This document shows positions 21,428 through 32,215 of a DNA stretch of 64,000 nt, piece after piece. The first letter of the stretch is position 1, and every line of letters starts with the position of its first letter. Source of the DNA: an uncultured bacterium (lineage in GTDB: Bacteria > Krumholzibacteriota > Krumholzibacteriia > LZORAL124-64-63); assembly GCA_963732385.1 (NCBI GenBank), contig CAVSZB010000007.1:1184001-1248000 (forward strand). Reading direction: 5' to 3'. The notes under the pieces are model-generated. The model was not told where the DNA came from. It worked only from the letters and a program-made list of their open reading frames with translations, and did no database searches. A program made the translations under genes and the position numbers.

Positions 21428-22806
21428 GCGACGAATGGAAGGGCTATCGCGATCCGACCCTTGCAGTGCTGAAAGCGCACGGCGCGCGGGTCTGGAGCGA
21501 GGCCACGGTCCACACCACGCGTGGCGATTTCGCCGGCTTGATCCTGCCGCGCAGCGAAACGGCCGACCGGGAGCATGTCGTGCTCAAGCTGGAGACCGGC
21601 TACAACGTCGGGCTGCGCTTCGACACCGTCACCGGCATCGACGTGCACGGCCACAAGGAAGCGCACTACAAGATTCCGGAGAAGGCGTTTCCGTACGACC
21701 CCGTCAAGCCGCGCGTGAAGCTGTTCGGCACCGGCGGTACGATCGCCAGCCGGCTCGACTACCGCACCGGCGCCGTCATTCCCGCCTTCTCGCCGGGCGA
21801 ACTGTACGGCTCGGTGCCGGAGCTGGCCGACGTGTGCAATCTCGAGACCGAGAAACTGTACGGCGTCTTCAGCGAGAACATGGGGCCGGAGCAGTGGATC
21901 GGCACGGCCGAAGCGGTCGCGCGAGAGATCGAGAAGGGGGTGGCCGGAATCGTGATCGGCCACGGCACCGACACGATGCACCACACGGCGGCCATCCTGT
22001 CGTTCATGCTGCAGGACCTGCCGGTGCCGGTGGTGATGGTCGGCAGTCAGCGTTCCAGCGACCGCCCGTCGTCCGACGCCGCCATCAACCTGATCAACGC
22101 GGCCCGCACCGCCGCCACGAGCGACATCGCCGAGGTCATGGTCTGCATGTTCGGCCCCACGAGCGACCAGTACGACCTGCTCCACCGCGGCACGCGGGTG
22201 CGCAAGATGCACTCCAGCTACCGCTCGACCTTCCGCACGATCGGCGACGTGCCGCTCGGGCGCGTCGACGCCGGCGGCGTAACGCCGTTCCGCGCCGACT
22301 ACCGTCACCGCCGCGATGACAACCGGGTCACCCTCAATACCGGCTTCGACGACCGTGCGGCGATCGTCTACTACTATCCCGGCATGAAACCGGACATCAT
22401 CGACTCGCTCGTGGACCACGGATACCGCGGCATCGTCATCGCCGGCACCGGGCTCGGGCACGTGAATCGGCCCCTCTACCCGGCGTTGCGCCGCGCGCAC
22501 GAGGCCGGCGTGGCCATGTTCATGACCGTGCAGACCCTCTGGGGCTACGTCCAGATGTACGTCTACGAAACCGGCCGCGAGATCATGGAACTGGGCGTCG
22601 TGCCGGCCGCGAACATGCTGCCCGAGGTGGCCTACATGAAACTGGGCTGGGCTCTGGCGCAGACCCAGGATCTCGCCGAGGTGGAACGCATCATGCTCAC
22701 GCCGATCGCCGGCGAGATCACCGAGCGCGAACCGCACAACGGCTACCTGGTGCTGCAGGGCGGAATTCCCGAGGTGGACCGGTTCATCTCCCAGTACTGG
22801 AAGTAG
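21424..22806 (+). CDS. gatD: archaeal-type Glu-tRNA(Gln) amidotransferase subunit D
   Basis: N-terminal 'VLKLETGYNVG' domain plus asparaginase motifs 'TGGTIASRLDYRTGAV', 'HGTDT', 'GSQRSSDRPSSD', 'RKMHSS'; GTGA overlap with gatE. Confidence 0.92.
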   Translation: MSDEWKGYRDPTLAVLKAHGARVWSEATVHTTRGDFAGLILPRSETADREHVVLKLETGYNVGLRFDTVTGIDVHGHKEAHYKIPEKAFPYDPVKPRVKLFGTGGTIASRLDYRTGAVIPAFSPGELYGSVPELADVCNLETEKLYGVFSENMGPEQWIGTAEAVAREIEKGVAGIVIGHGTDTMHHTAAILSFMLQDLPVPVVMVGSQRSSDRPSSDAAINLINAARTAATSDIAEVMVCMFGPTSDQYDLLHRGTRVRKMHSSYRSTFRTIGDVPLGRVDAGGVTPFRADYRHRRDDNRVTLNTGFDDRAAIVYYYPGMKPDIIDSLVDHGYRGIVIAGTGLGHVNRPLYPALRRAHEAGVAMFMTVQTLWGYVQMYVYETGREIMELGVVPAANMLPEVAYMKLGWALAQTQDLAEVERIMLTPIAGEITEREPHNGYLVLQGGIPEVDRFISQYWK

Positions 22807-22837
22807 TCCCCCCCGCGCGGGGAACGCGCGTGTCGCT

Positions 22838-23077
22838 TCAGTGGCAGCCGCAGCCGCCGCACTTGTGCCCGCCGCCCGAGCCGCAGCCGCCGCCGCACCC
22901 GCCGCAGCCGGCATGACCGCCGGCCTGACGCGCTCCACCGGTCACGGCGAACGCCGACACCGCCTTGCGCACGCGGCGCGAACCGCAGTCGGGACACGGG
23001 ACCTTCGCCGACGACGTCGGCACCAGTTCCTCGAACCGGCCGCCGCACTTGCCACACACGAATTCAAAAATCGGCAC
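22838..23077 (-). CDS. FmdB-family zinc-ribbon protein
   Basis: 'PIFEFVCGKCG..FE...CPDCGS', Cys/Gly tail; GGGAG RBS. Confidence 0.8.
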   Translation of the reverse strand: MPIFEFVCGKCGGRFEELVPTSSAKVPCPDCGSRRVRKAVSAFAVTGGARQAGGHAGCGGCGGGCGSGGGHKCGGCGCH

Positions 23078-23094
23078 GGCACTCTCCCGGCGAC

Positions 23095-25182
<2,088 letters not shown>

Positions 25183-25312
25183 GAGAATACAGTCCTTCCC
25201 GGGCGGAGAGACGCCACAACTGCGGGCAGTCTAGCCTGTCGGCAGCCCCCGGGCAAGCGGCCGTGACCAGCCGCCGCGAGCGGTCCCGCGCTCGCCAACG
25301 CCCCCGCTCGGC

Positions 25313-26251
25313 TCAGTCGGGAAGCGCCCCGTCCGCCTGGCTGACCAGCCGCGCCCCCGGCGGGACCGAACTGGTGATCCAGCACCCGCCGCCGATCACG
25401 GCGCCGCGTCCGATGACGGTCCGGCCGCCGAGGATCGTGGCGTTGGCGTAGATGGTGACGTCGTCCTCGATGGTGGGATGGCGCTTGCCCCCCCGGGCGA
25501 TGCTGCCGTCGGGGTTGCGCGGGAAGCTGAGCGCGCCCAGCGTCACCCCCTGGTACAGCTTCACGTTCGCGCCGATGACGGTCGTCTCTCCGATCACCAC
25601 GCCCGTGCCGTGATCGATGAAGAAACCGGGCCCGATCCGCGCTCCGGGGTGGATGTCGACCCCCGTGCGGCCATGCGCCCACTCACTCATGATCCGCGGG
25701 ATGAGCGGCACGCCGGCCGCGTAGAGCGGGGACGCGAGCCGGTACACCGCCCCGGCGAAGGCGCCGGGATAGCAGAGGATGATCTCGTCGCGGCTGACCG
25801 CCGCCGGATCGCCGTTGAAGGCCGCCTCCACGTCGCCCGCCAGCAGGGCGCGCACCGCCGGCAGCTGGTCGAGGTACTCCCGCGCGATCCGCTCGCCGGC
25901 CCGCGCGAACCCCTCAGCTCCCTCGTCGCCCTCGGGAGTCCAGAGTTTCGCGCAGTGGCAACGCTCCCGGTAGCAGAAACGCAGGGCGCGTGCGATCACG
26001 TCCGTCAGTTCAAGGCACAGGGCGTCGAGTCGCGCCGCAACGAGCACCGCAAGATCGGCGCGCGCCGGCACGTGTCCGCCGTGATAGCCGGGAAAGATCA
26101 CCGTCAACAGCTGGCGCAAGATCTCCTCGATCCGCGCCTGCGATGGCAGGTCCTTCTCACCCACGCGATTGACCCCGCCGAAACCGGCGTAGGAATCGAC
26201 GATCGCCCGCGCGAGGTCGTCCCGACGCGGCCCCCAGTCCTGCGTATCCAA
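25313..26251 (-). CDS. cysE: serine O-acetyltransferase (EpsC/CysE type)
   Basis: 'GDPAA', 'TGVDIHPGARIG.GFFIDHGTGVVIGET', 'KRHPT'. Confidence 0.9.
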   Translation of the reverse strand: MDTQDWGPRRDDLARAIVDSYAGFGGVNRVGEKDLPSQARIEEILRQLLTVIFPGYHGGHVPARADLAVLVAARLDALCLELTDVIARALRFCYRERCHCAKLWTPEGDEGAEGFARAGERIAREYLDQLPAVRALLAGDVEAAFNGDPAAVSRDEIILCYPGAFAGAVYRLASPLYAAGVPLIPRIMSEWAHGRTGVDIHPGARIGPGFFIDHGTGVVIGETTVIGANVKLYQGVTLGALSFPRNPDGSIARGGKRHPTIEDDVTIYANATILGGRTVIGRGAVIGGGCWITSSVPPGARLVSQADGALPD

Positions 26252-26276
26252 AGCCGCCTCCCCGTCGGGGACCAGG

Positions 26277-27254
26277 TCAGTCCATGAACTCGCGGAACAG
26301 ATCGGAGGTCAGGTAGCGCTCCCCGGAACTCGCGAGGATGACCACGATCCGTCGTCCGGACATTTCGGGCCGTCGCGCCACCAGCAGCGCCGCGTGCAGC
26401 GCGGCCCCCGAGGAGATACCCACGAACAGCCCCTCCTCCCGTGCGGCGCGGCGCGCCATGATCAGCGACTCCTCGCTGGTCACGCACACGATCTCGTCGA
26501 TCAGGGTCGTGTCGAGGATTGCCGGCACGAAACCGGCGCCGATCCCCTGGATCCGGTGCGGTCCCGGAGCCCCTCCGGACAGGACGGGCGATTCCGCCGG
26601 CTCCACCGCCACGCAGCGGAATTCCGGGTTGCGCCGCTTCAGCACCGAGCCGACTCCCGTCAGCGTGCCGCCCGTGCCGACGCCCGACACGAGCACGTCC
26701 ACCCGCCCTCCCGTGTCGCGCCAGATCTCCTCGGCGGTCGTGCGGCGGTGGGCCTCGGGGTTGGCCGGATTCTCGAACTGCTGCGGCATGAAGGCCCCGG
26801 GGCGCTGCGCCATCAACCCGACCGCCCGCGCCATCGCCCCCTTCATCCCCTCAGCGGCCGGCGTGAGCACCAGCTCGCAGCCGAGCGCGCGCAGGATGGC
26901 GCGCCGCTCGCGCGACATGCTCTCGGGCATGGTCAGCGTCAGCCGGTAACCCCGGGCGGCACAGACGAAAGCCAGCCCGATGCCGGTGTTGCCCGACGTG
27001 GACTCGATGACCTCCTGGCCGGGATGCAGGAGGCCGTCCCGCTCCGCCGCCTCGATCATGGCCAGCGCGATGCGGTCCTTGACGCTGGACATCGGATTGA
27101 AGAATTCCAGCTTCGCCACGACATCGGCCGCGGTCGCGTTCAGTTTCGGCAGCCGGACCAGCGGCGTGTCGCCGATCAGGGACAGGATGTCGCGCTGGAT
27201 GTGCTCGCCGGCGGCCGCGCCGGCCGCTCCCGCGGGGTGTGTGTCCATGGCCAT
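26277..27254 (-). CDS. cysK: cysteine synthase A
   Basis: PLP motif '[14 protein letters not shown]', 'STSGNTG', 'GVGTGGT', 'HRIQGIG', 'GERYL'. Confidence 0.93.
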   Translation of the reverse strand: MAMDTHPAGAAGAAAGEHIQRDILSLIGDTPLVRLPKLNATAADVVAKLEFFNPMSSVKDRIALAMIEAAERDGLLHPGQEVIESTSGNTGIGLAFVCAARGYRLTLTMPESMSRERRAILRALGCELVLTPAAEGMKGAMARAVGLMAQRPGAFMPQQFENPANPEAHRRTTAEEIWRDTGGRVDVLVSGVGTGGTLTGVGSVLKRRNPEFRCVAVEPAESPVLSGGAPGPHRIQGIGAGFVPAILDTTLIDEIVCVTSEESLIMARRAAREEGLFVGISSGAALHAALLVARRPEMSGRRIVVILASSGERYLTSDLFREFMD

Positions 27255-27563
27255 GTCCTCCGGCAGGTTGTCCCGCCAAGCTATGGTCGAACGGAGCGGG
27301 CGTCCAGAGGGCGGAGCGCCGGACGGCGCTCAGCCGGACGCCACGCCGCACACGACCCGCTGTCCAAACTCCCGCCATGGACTATAATGATGGGACAATT
27401 CGGCTCGATCCGGCGAGGCCGCGCCCGGAACCGCCGGCCGGATGCCACGGGCCCGAACTTCGGGCGCGATCCGCTCGCCGGGAACCTGGACGGGGCCGGC
27501 GCTGTAAACCGCCGATTCCCGACGCGCCCCCGTGTCACAAACGCAAGGACGGTGGATAAAGAG

Positions 27564-28628
27564 ATGTTGCGCACACGAGACCTTTTCGGACGCCGGGGCT
27601 GGATCGCCCCGGTTCTCATCCTGGTGATGACCGCCGCGGCGGTGTCCTCCCCGGCCCAGGACCTGCCCCAGGGCTTCGCCTCCATCTCCGTGCAGCCCGA
27701 GACGCTCGATTTCGGCACGATGGAGCGCAACCAGTCCCGCACGCAGGAACTGACCATTCGGAACGACGGCGGGATCGACCTCGATATCCGCGACGTGACC
27801 TCGTCCTGCGGCTGCACCGTGGCCGAACCCGGCAACCGGAAGATCAAACCAGGCCAATCGACCACCCTCACCGTCACCTTCAACAGCGGGGAATTCCAGG
27901 GACCGCAGCACAAGACCGTGACAATCCGTTCGAATGACGTGGCCACGCCGGCCCTGGAGATCGTCGTCACCGCCGACGTGCATGTCTCGATATTGCTCGA
28001 TCCCGTGCGACCGCTGTTCGCTTTCAGACACGCCCGCCGCGGGGAGCGTGAGGAGCGGCAGGCCACTTTCACGGCGTTGGACATTCCGCAGCTCGAGTTG
28101 AAGGCGGAACGCGTGCGGGCGGATCTGTTCGAGGTCAGGATCCAGAACGGCGTCGACGGCGATCCGCGCCGGGGAATCGTCACGCTGAGTATCCGGCCCG
28201 ACGCCCCCTACGGTTCAATCAACGAGATCGTGCGCATCGGCACCAACGATCCGAAACATCCGTCGATCGATTTCGAAGTGTTCGGCGAAGTCCTGCACGA
28301 CCTCGAAGTCAACCCGACGCAGGTGAATCTCCGCTACGTGGAACGCGGCAAGCCGGTCCGCCGCGAATTGCGGGTGAAGGCCACCTTCACGGGGCTGAAG
28401 TTCAAGGTGACCGACGCGCAGATCGACCTGCCGGAATTCAAGGTGACCATCGAGCAGCGCGCGACCGGGGAGGATGCCGTCATCGTGCTGAGCGGAACCC
28501 CGATCGCCCCGACCGACCCGCGCGCGATCGCCGCGCAGGGACGCATGCAGGGCACTCTGCGCATCTTCACGAACCACCCCGAGCAGCCTGAACTGCAGGT
28601 TAAGGTCACCTACCTGCTGCGCCTGTGA
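27564..28628 (+). CDS. exported DUF1573/Ig-like protein
   Basis: signal peptide, 'LDFG', 'VTSSCGCT', 'IKPGQS', 'KTVTIRSND'. Confidence 0.75.
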   Translation: MLRTRDLFGRRGWIAPVLILVMTAAAVSSPAQDLPQGFASISVQPETLDFGTMERNQSRTQELTIRNDGGIDLDIRDVTSSCGCTVAEPGNRKIKPGQSTTLTVTFNSGEFQGPQHKTVTIRSNDVATPALEIVVTADVHVSILLDPVRPLFAFRHARRGEREERQATFTALDIPQLELKAERVRADLFEVRIQNGVDGDPRRGIVTLSIRPDAPYGSINEIVRIGTNDPKHPSIDFEVFGEVLHDLEVNPTQVNLRYVERGKPVRRELRVKATFTGLKFKVTDAQIDLPEFKVTIEQRATGEDAVIVLSGTPIAPTDPRAIAAQGRMQGTLRIFTNHPEQPELQVKVTYLLRL

Positions 28629-29122
28629 AAGCGTTTCTCCTCCCGCGGCGCGGCACGGCGCCGCGGGAGGCCCTGTTTCTGCTGGGCCTCGCCCTGCTGC
28701 TGACGGCCGCTTCGTGGATGACCCGCACTCCGCGTCTGCCGCTGCGCGTCGATTCACGGACCTACCGCCTCGAACTGGGCTTTCCGGTCCTCAGCCCGAC
28801 GGCCGCGCTGGCCCTCTATCAGGCGGGCGAACACCTGTTCATCGATCTGCGCGACGTCGACCCCGCCGTGACGCCGCACATTCCCGGCTCGTTCTCCGTC
28901 CGCGAGGCCTCATTCGCGAACGACCTGCTGGCGGCGCACGAATTCCTCGGCCCGCAGGAGAAAGTGATCCTGTGCGGCGACGGCAACCTGCCGGCCGCCG
29001 CGGCCATGGCGGCGCGTCTGCGCGACCGGGGCTATGACGACATCAGCCTGCTCGAGGGGGATCTGTCGGCGTGGCGCCGGGCGGGAGGCTCCGTCTCCGG
29101 CGGGAAGGGCGACCATGAATAG
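28625..29122 (+). CDS. membrane-anchored rhodanese-like protein
   Basis: TM segment, 'FIDLR', 'HIPGS', 'ILCG', 'LLEGDLSAW'. Confidence 0.75.
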   Translation: MKAFLLPRRGTAPREALFLLGLALLLTAASWMTRTPRLPLRVDSRTYRLELGFPVLSPTAALALYQAGEHLFIDLRDVDPAVTPHIPGSFSVREASFANDLLAAHEFLGPQEKVILCGDGNLPAAAAMAARLRDRGYDDISLLEGDLSAWRRAGGSVSGGKGDHE

Positions 29123-29624
29123 CCCCCACGCCACGCAAACACCGGCCCCCGCCTGGCCGGCCGCTCTGGGACTCGCCTGCCGATTCGCCGCCGGCGCTAC
29201 CTTCCTGTACGCCTCGCTCGACAAGATCGCCGACCCCGCCGGCTTCGCGCGGGCGATCTTCCATTACCGCCTGCTGCCGACGGCGCTGCTCCACCCGTTC
29301 GCGCTCCTGCTGCCGTGGCTCGAGGCGGTGGCCGGCGTCGCTCTGCTGGCCGGCCTGCTGCGCCGCGGCGCGGCGCTGCTCGCCACCGCCATGACCGTGA
29401 TGTTCCTCGGGGCGATCGCCGCGGCGCTGGCGCGCGGGCTGGACATCACCTGCGGCTGCTTCCACACCGAGGGGGGCCACGCCGTAGGCGTCGGTCTGCT
29501 GTGGCGCGATCTGGCCCTGCTCGCCGCCTGCCTGGCGCCTCTTTGGCTGGGGGAACACGATCGCTGGACCCTCGACGCGCTGCGCCCCCGGCGCCGACGG
29601 ACGGGGTGCCCCGCAGGCGACTGA
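29115..29624 (+). CDS. MauE/DoxX-family membrane protein
   Basis: 'FLYASLDKIADP', 'LPWLE', 'GLDITCGCF', 'RD'. Confidence 0.85.
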   Translation: MNSPHATQTPAPAWPAALGLACRFAAGATFLYASLDKIADPAGFARAIFHYRLLPTALLHPFALLLPWLEAVAGVALLAGLLRRGAALLATAMTVMFLGAIAAALARGLDITCGCFHTEGGHAVGVGLLWRDLALLAACLAPLWLGEHDRWTLDALRPRRRRTGCPAGD

Positions 29625-29737
29625 TATTGGGATTTCCGATCGCTCGTCGCGATTGACAGCCGGCCCTCAACGCTTCATTTTCCGCAGTGGAACCGACTCG
29701 CCCCGATCACCGACCGTTCAGACCAAAGGAGCCGCCC

Positions 29738-29911
29738 ATGCCTGCGTTCGTTGACTCTGGAAAATGCACCGCCTGCGAGGACTGCATCTCCACCTGCCCG
29801 GTCGAGTGCATCAGCCTGGTCGATGGCAAGGCCATGGTGAACGCTGACGACTGCACCGATTGCGAAGCGTGCGTCGCAGCCTGCCCCGAGGAAGCCATCT
29901 CGATGAAGTAG
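29738..29911 (+). CDS. 2x[4Fe-4S] ferredoxin
   Basis: two CxxCxxCxxxCP motifs; AAGGAG RBS. Confidence 0.93.
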   Translation: MPAFVDSGKCTACEDCISTCPVECISLVDGKAMVNADDCTDCEACVAACPEEAISMK

Positions 29912-29935
29912 GGCGCCCCTGACCGGCGCACCGAC

Positions 29936-29972
29936 GCAAGGGGTCCCGCCGACCGCGGGACCCCTTGCATTT
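29936..29972. terminator. hairpin/terminator between convergent genes
   Basis: perfect 14-bp stem GCAAGGGGTCCCGC/GCGGGACCCCTTGC. Confidence 0.75.
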
Positions 29973-30048
29973 CCTGGTGCCCTAAAAATTGTTGCCGGAT
30001 TCATCCAGGGGCGTCGGCAGGCACTTTCAGGTCGCACCACCGGGAGCG

Positions 30049-30390
30049 TCACTCCCGTGCCTGGATCTCCTCCAGCACGACCGCCGTCCCGTAGGCCATC
30101 AGTTCCGCCGCCCCGGCCATCACCTCGGCCGAGGCGAAGCGCAGCCCGACCACCGCATTGGCGCCATTGGCGGCGGCCTGCGCTGCGAGGCGGTCGAGCG
30201 CCTCTTCGCGCGCCTCGGCCATCATCTTGGTGCACTCCGCGATTTCGCCCCCGACCAGGTTCTTGAGGCTGGCCAGCAGATCGTGGCCCAGATCGCGCGC
30301 CCGGACGGAGTTGCCGCGCACCAGTCCGATCACCCGGGTCACGCGCGCGCCGGGCACCTCGTCGATCGTCGTCAGCAGCATCCTGTCCAT
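30049..30390 (-). CDS. YbjQ/UPF0145-family protein
   Basis: 'GLVRGNSVR', 'LKNLVGGEI', 'GANAVVGLRF', 'AYGTAV'. Confidence 0.9.
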   Translation of the reverse strand: MDRMLLTTIDEVPGARVTRVIGLVRGNSVRARDLGHDLLASLKNLVGGEIAECTKMMAEAREEALDRLAAQAAANGANAVVGLRFASAEVMAGAAELMAYGTAVVLEEIQARE

Positions 30391-30407
30391 CGGATCCTCC
30401 CCGCGCA

Positions 30408-30875
30408 TCAGCGCACGACGTCCTTGTAACGCGTCCGGCGGCGGACATGCAGCCGCTCCCGCACCGTCGCGCCCAACAGCAGCAGGAGACCGCCCGCGGC
30501 CGTCAGAACACCCGCCTTCACCCACCAGGGCAGAGTCACTTCGTGCAGCAGCGCCCCGATCCCGAGCCCCAGCCCCCACGCGCCCAAAACGGCGACTCCG
30601 GCCAGCAGCAGCCCGGCGCCCAGACGGCGCCCGGCGCGCTGGGCGAAGCGGGTCTGGAACGACTCCCACGCCTCGGAAGGCGCCTCCCGCAACTGCAGCG
30701 AACCCATCACGAGATCGAAGCGGCGCAGGCGTGCGGTCTCCTCCCGGCACGCCGCGCAGTGCGTCAGGTGCGCCGACACGCTCGCGGCCTGTCCGGCGTC
30801 GAGTTCACCGTCGGCCCAGGCGGTCAGCCAGGCCGCGTCGCGCGTGTGATCGAAGGAGGCCGGTTCGCCGTTCAT
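30408..30875 (-). CDS. zf-HC2 (ZAS) anti-sigma factor with two TM helices
   Basis: 'WADGEL...HLTHCAAC'; directly follows ECF sigma. Confidence 0.85.
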   Translation of the reverse strand: MNGEPASFDHTRDAAWLTAWADGELDAGQAASVSAHLTHCAACREETARLRRFDLVMGSLQLREAPSEAWESFQTRFAQRAGRRLGAGLLLAGVAVLGAWGLGLGIGALLHEVTLPWWVKAGVLTAAGGLLLLLGATVRERLHVRRRTRYKDVVR

Positions 30876-31495
30876 CCCCCATCCACCGCCTCGAGCCGGT
30901 GGGCCAGGCGCATTCGCGCGGCGTGCAGCCGCGACATCACCGTGCCGATCGGAATGTCCAGAACCGCCGCGATCTCGCGATATTTAAGACCCTGGAACTG
31001 GTGCAGCATGAGCACCTCCCGCTGCTCGACAGGCAGCGTCTGGATCTCCCCCCACAGCCGCCGGCGCAGGTCCTCGCCCTCCGCCTCGTCCAGCGGGGAA
31101 GGCCGGCTGTCGGGCCGGTTCACGTACTCCAGCGGCACGTCGCCGCGATGCCGTTTCTCGTCACGGCGCTGGTTGAGCGCGCAATTGCGCACGATCCGGT
31201 ACAGCCACGGGTAGAACGGGTCGCCCTCGCGGAACCGCGGCAGCGCTTTCCAGACCCGCAGGAACGCCTTCTGGGTCGCATCCATGGCATCATCGCCGCT
31301 CCCGGCCAGGCCCAGCGCCACTCCGTGGGCACGGCGCCAGTAACGCCGCACCAGGGCTTCGTAGCCCGCCTGATCGCCGGCGAGAAAACGCGCGATGTCG
31401 TGGGCATCGGCGAGCGCCGGATCGGGCGTCGGCTCTCCTACCCGGTCCGCGGCGGCAATATTCGGGGCGGGTTCCGGCCGAAGCGGCTCGTTCAC
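30872..31495 (-). CDS. ECF sigma-70 factor
   Basis: 'DAMDATQKAFLRVW', 'WLYRIVRN', 'GLKYREIAAVLDIPIGTVMSRL'. Confidence 0.9.
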   Translation of the reverse strand: MNEPLRPEPAPNIAAADRVGEPTPDPALADAHDIARFLAGDQAGYEALVRRYWRRAHGVALGLAGSGDDAMDATQKAFLRVWKALPRFREGDPFYPWLYRIVRNCALNQRRDEKRHRGDVPLEYVNRPDSRPSPLDEAEGEDLRRRLWGEIQTLPVEQREVLMLHQFQGLKYREIAAVLDIPIGTVMSRLHAARMRLAHRLEAVDGG

Positions 31496-32130
31496 GGCCC
31501 GTTCCCGCCGTCGGCGGGCGGCCAGGCCTGTCGCCAGGGCACCTCGGGCGCCCCCAGCGCGTGTCCCACCCAGCGGGCGGCCACGAACAGGAAATCGCTC
31601 AGCCGGTTCAGGTAGACGACCGCTTCGCCCGGCAGGACGACCCCCGCGGCGGCGGCGGCCACCGCCCGCCGTTCCACCTGGCGACAGACGGTCCGCGCGA
31701 CGTGACAGGCGGCCGCCGCCTCGCCACCGCCCGGCAGGACAAAAACCTGCAGCGGCGGCAGGTCCGCCTCGAGTTCGTCGATGAGCGCCTCGACGGCCCC
31801 AGCGGCCACGGCAAGCGGCGGCGCCCCCTCCCGCGCCAGCCGGACGGACCGCTCGGGATCGGCCAGGATCGCGCCGAGATCGAACAGCTGCGCCTGCAGG
31901 CCGGTCAACCGCTCCAGCAGCGCCGGCAGGCGGGCGAGCAAAGGAGCGTCGGCGCCGGGACCGGGCGTCCGCGCTTCGCGCGACGCGATCGCGATGGCCA
32001 GCCCCAGGGCGCTGTTGCATTCGTCCACGCCGCCGTAGAGGTCGACGCGGAGATCGGCTTTCAGGACCCGTGCGCCGCCGAGCAACGAGGTCTCGCCACG
32101 GTCGCCCGTGCGGGTATAGATGCGTGCCAT
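31492..32130 (-). CDS. pduO: ATP:cob(I)alamin adenosyltransferase, PduO type
   Basis: 'IYTRTGDRGET', 'YGGVDECNS', 'FVLPGG', 'ARTVCRQVER', 'YLNRLSDFLF'. Confidence 0.92.
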   Translation of the reverse strand: MARIYTRTGDRGETSLLGGARVLKADLRVDLYGGVDECNSALGLAIAIASREARTPGPGADAPLLARLPALLERLTGLQAQLFDLGAILADPERSVRLAREGAPPLAVAAGAVEALIDELEADLPPLQVFVLPGGGEAAAACHVARTVCRQVERRAVAAAAAGVVLPGEAVVYLNRLSDFLFVAARWVGHALGAPEVPWRQAWPPADGGNGP

Positions 32131-32215
32131 GATCCTCCTCCCGCGCCGGCTGCGGCCCGACCGCCGGGCCGGACCGCGTCATGCTAGCAGGCGACGCGCC
32201 GCCGCGCACGGTCGA

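Noticed and set aside
21424..22806. annotation as a plain L-asparaginase
   Set aside because: The GatD-specific N-terminal domain, the RSSDRPSSD motif and coupling to gatE identify it as GatD.
22842..22911. GCCGCA/GCCGCC-type short repeats suggestive of an array
   Set aside because: They encode the Cys/Gly tail of the FmdB protein and have no repeat-spacer structure.
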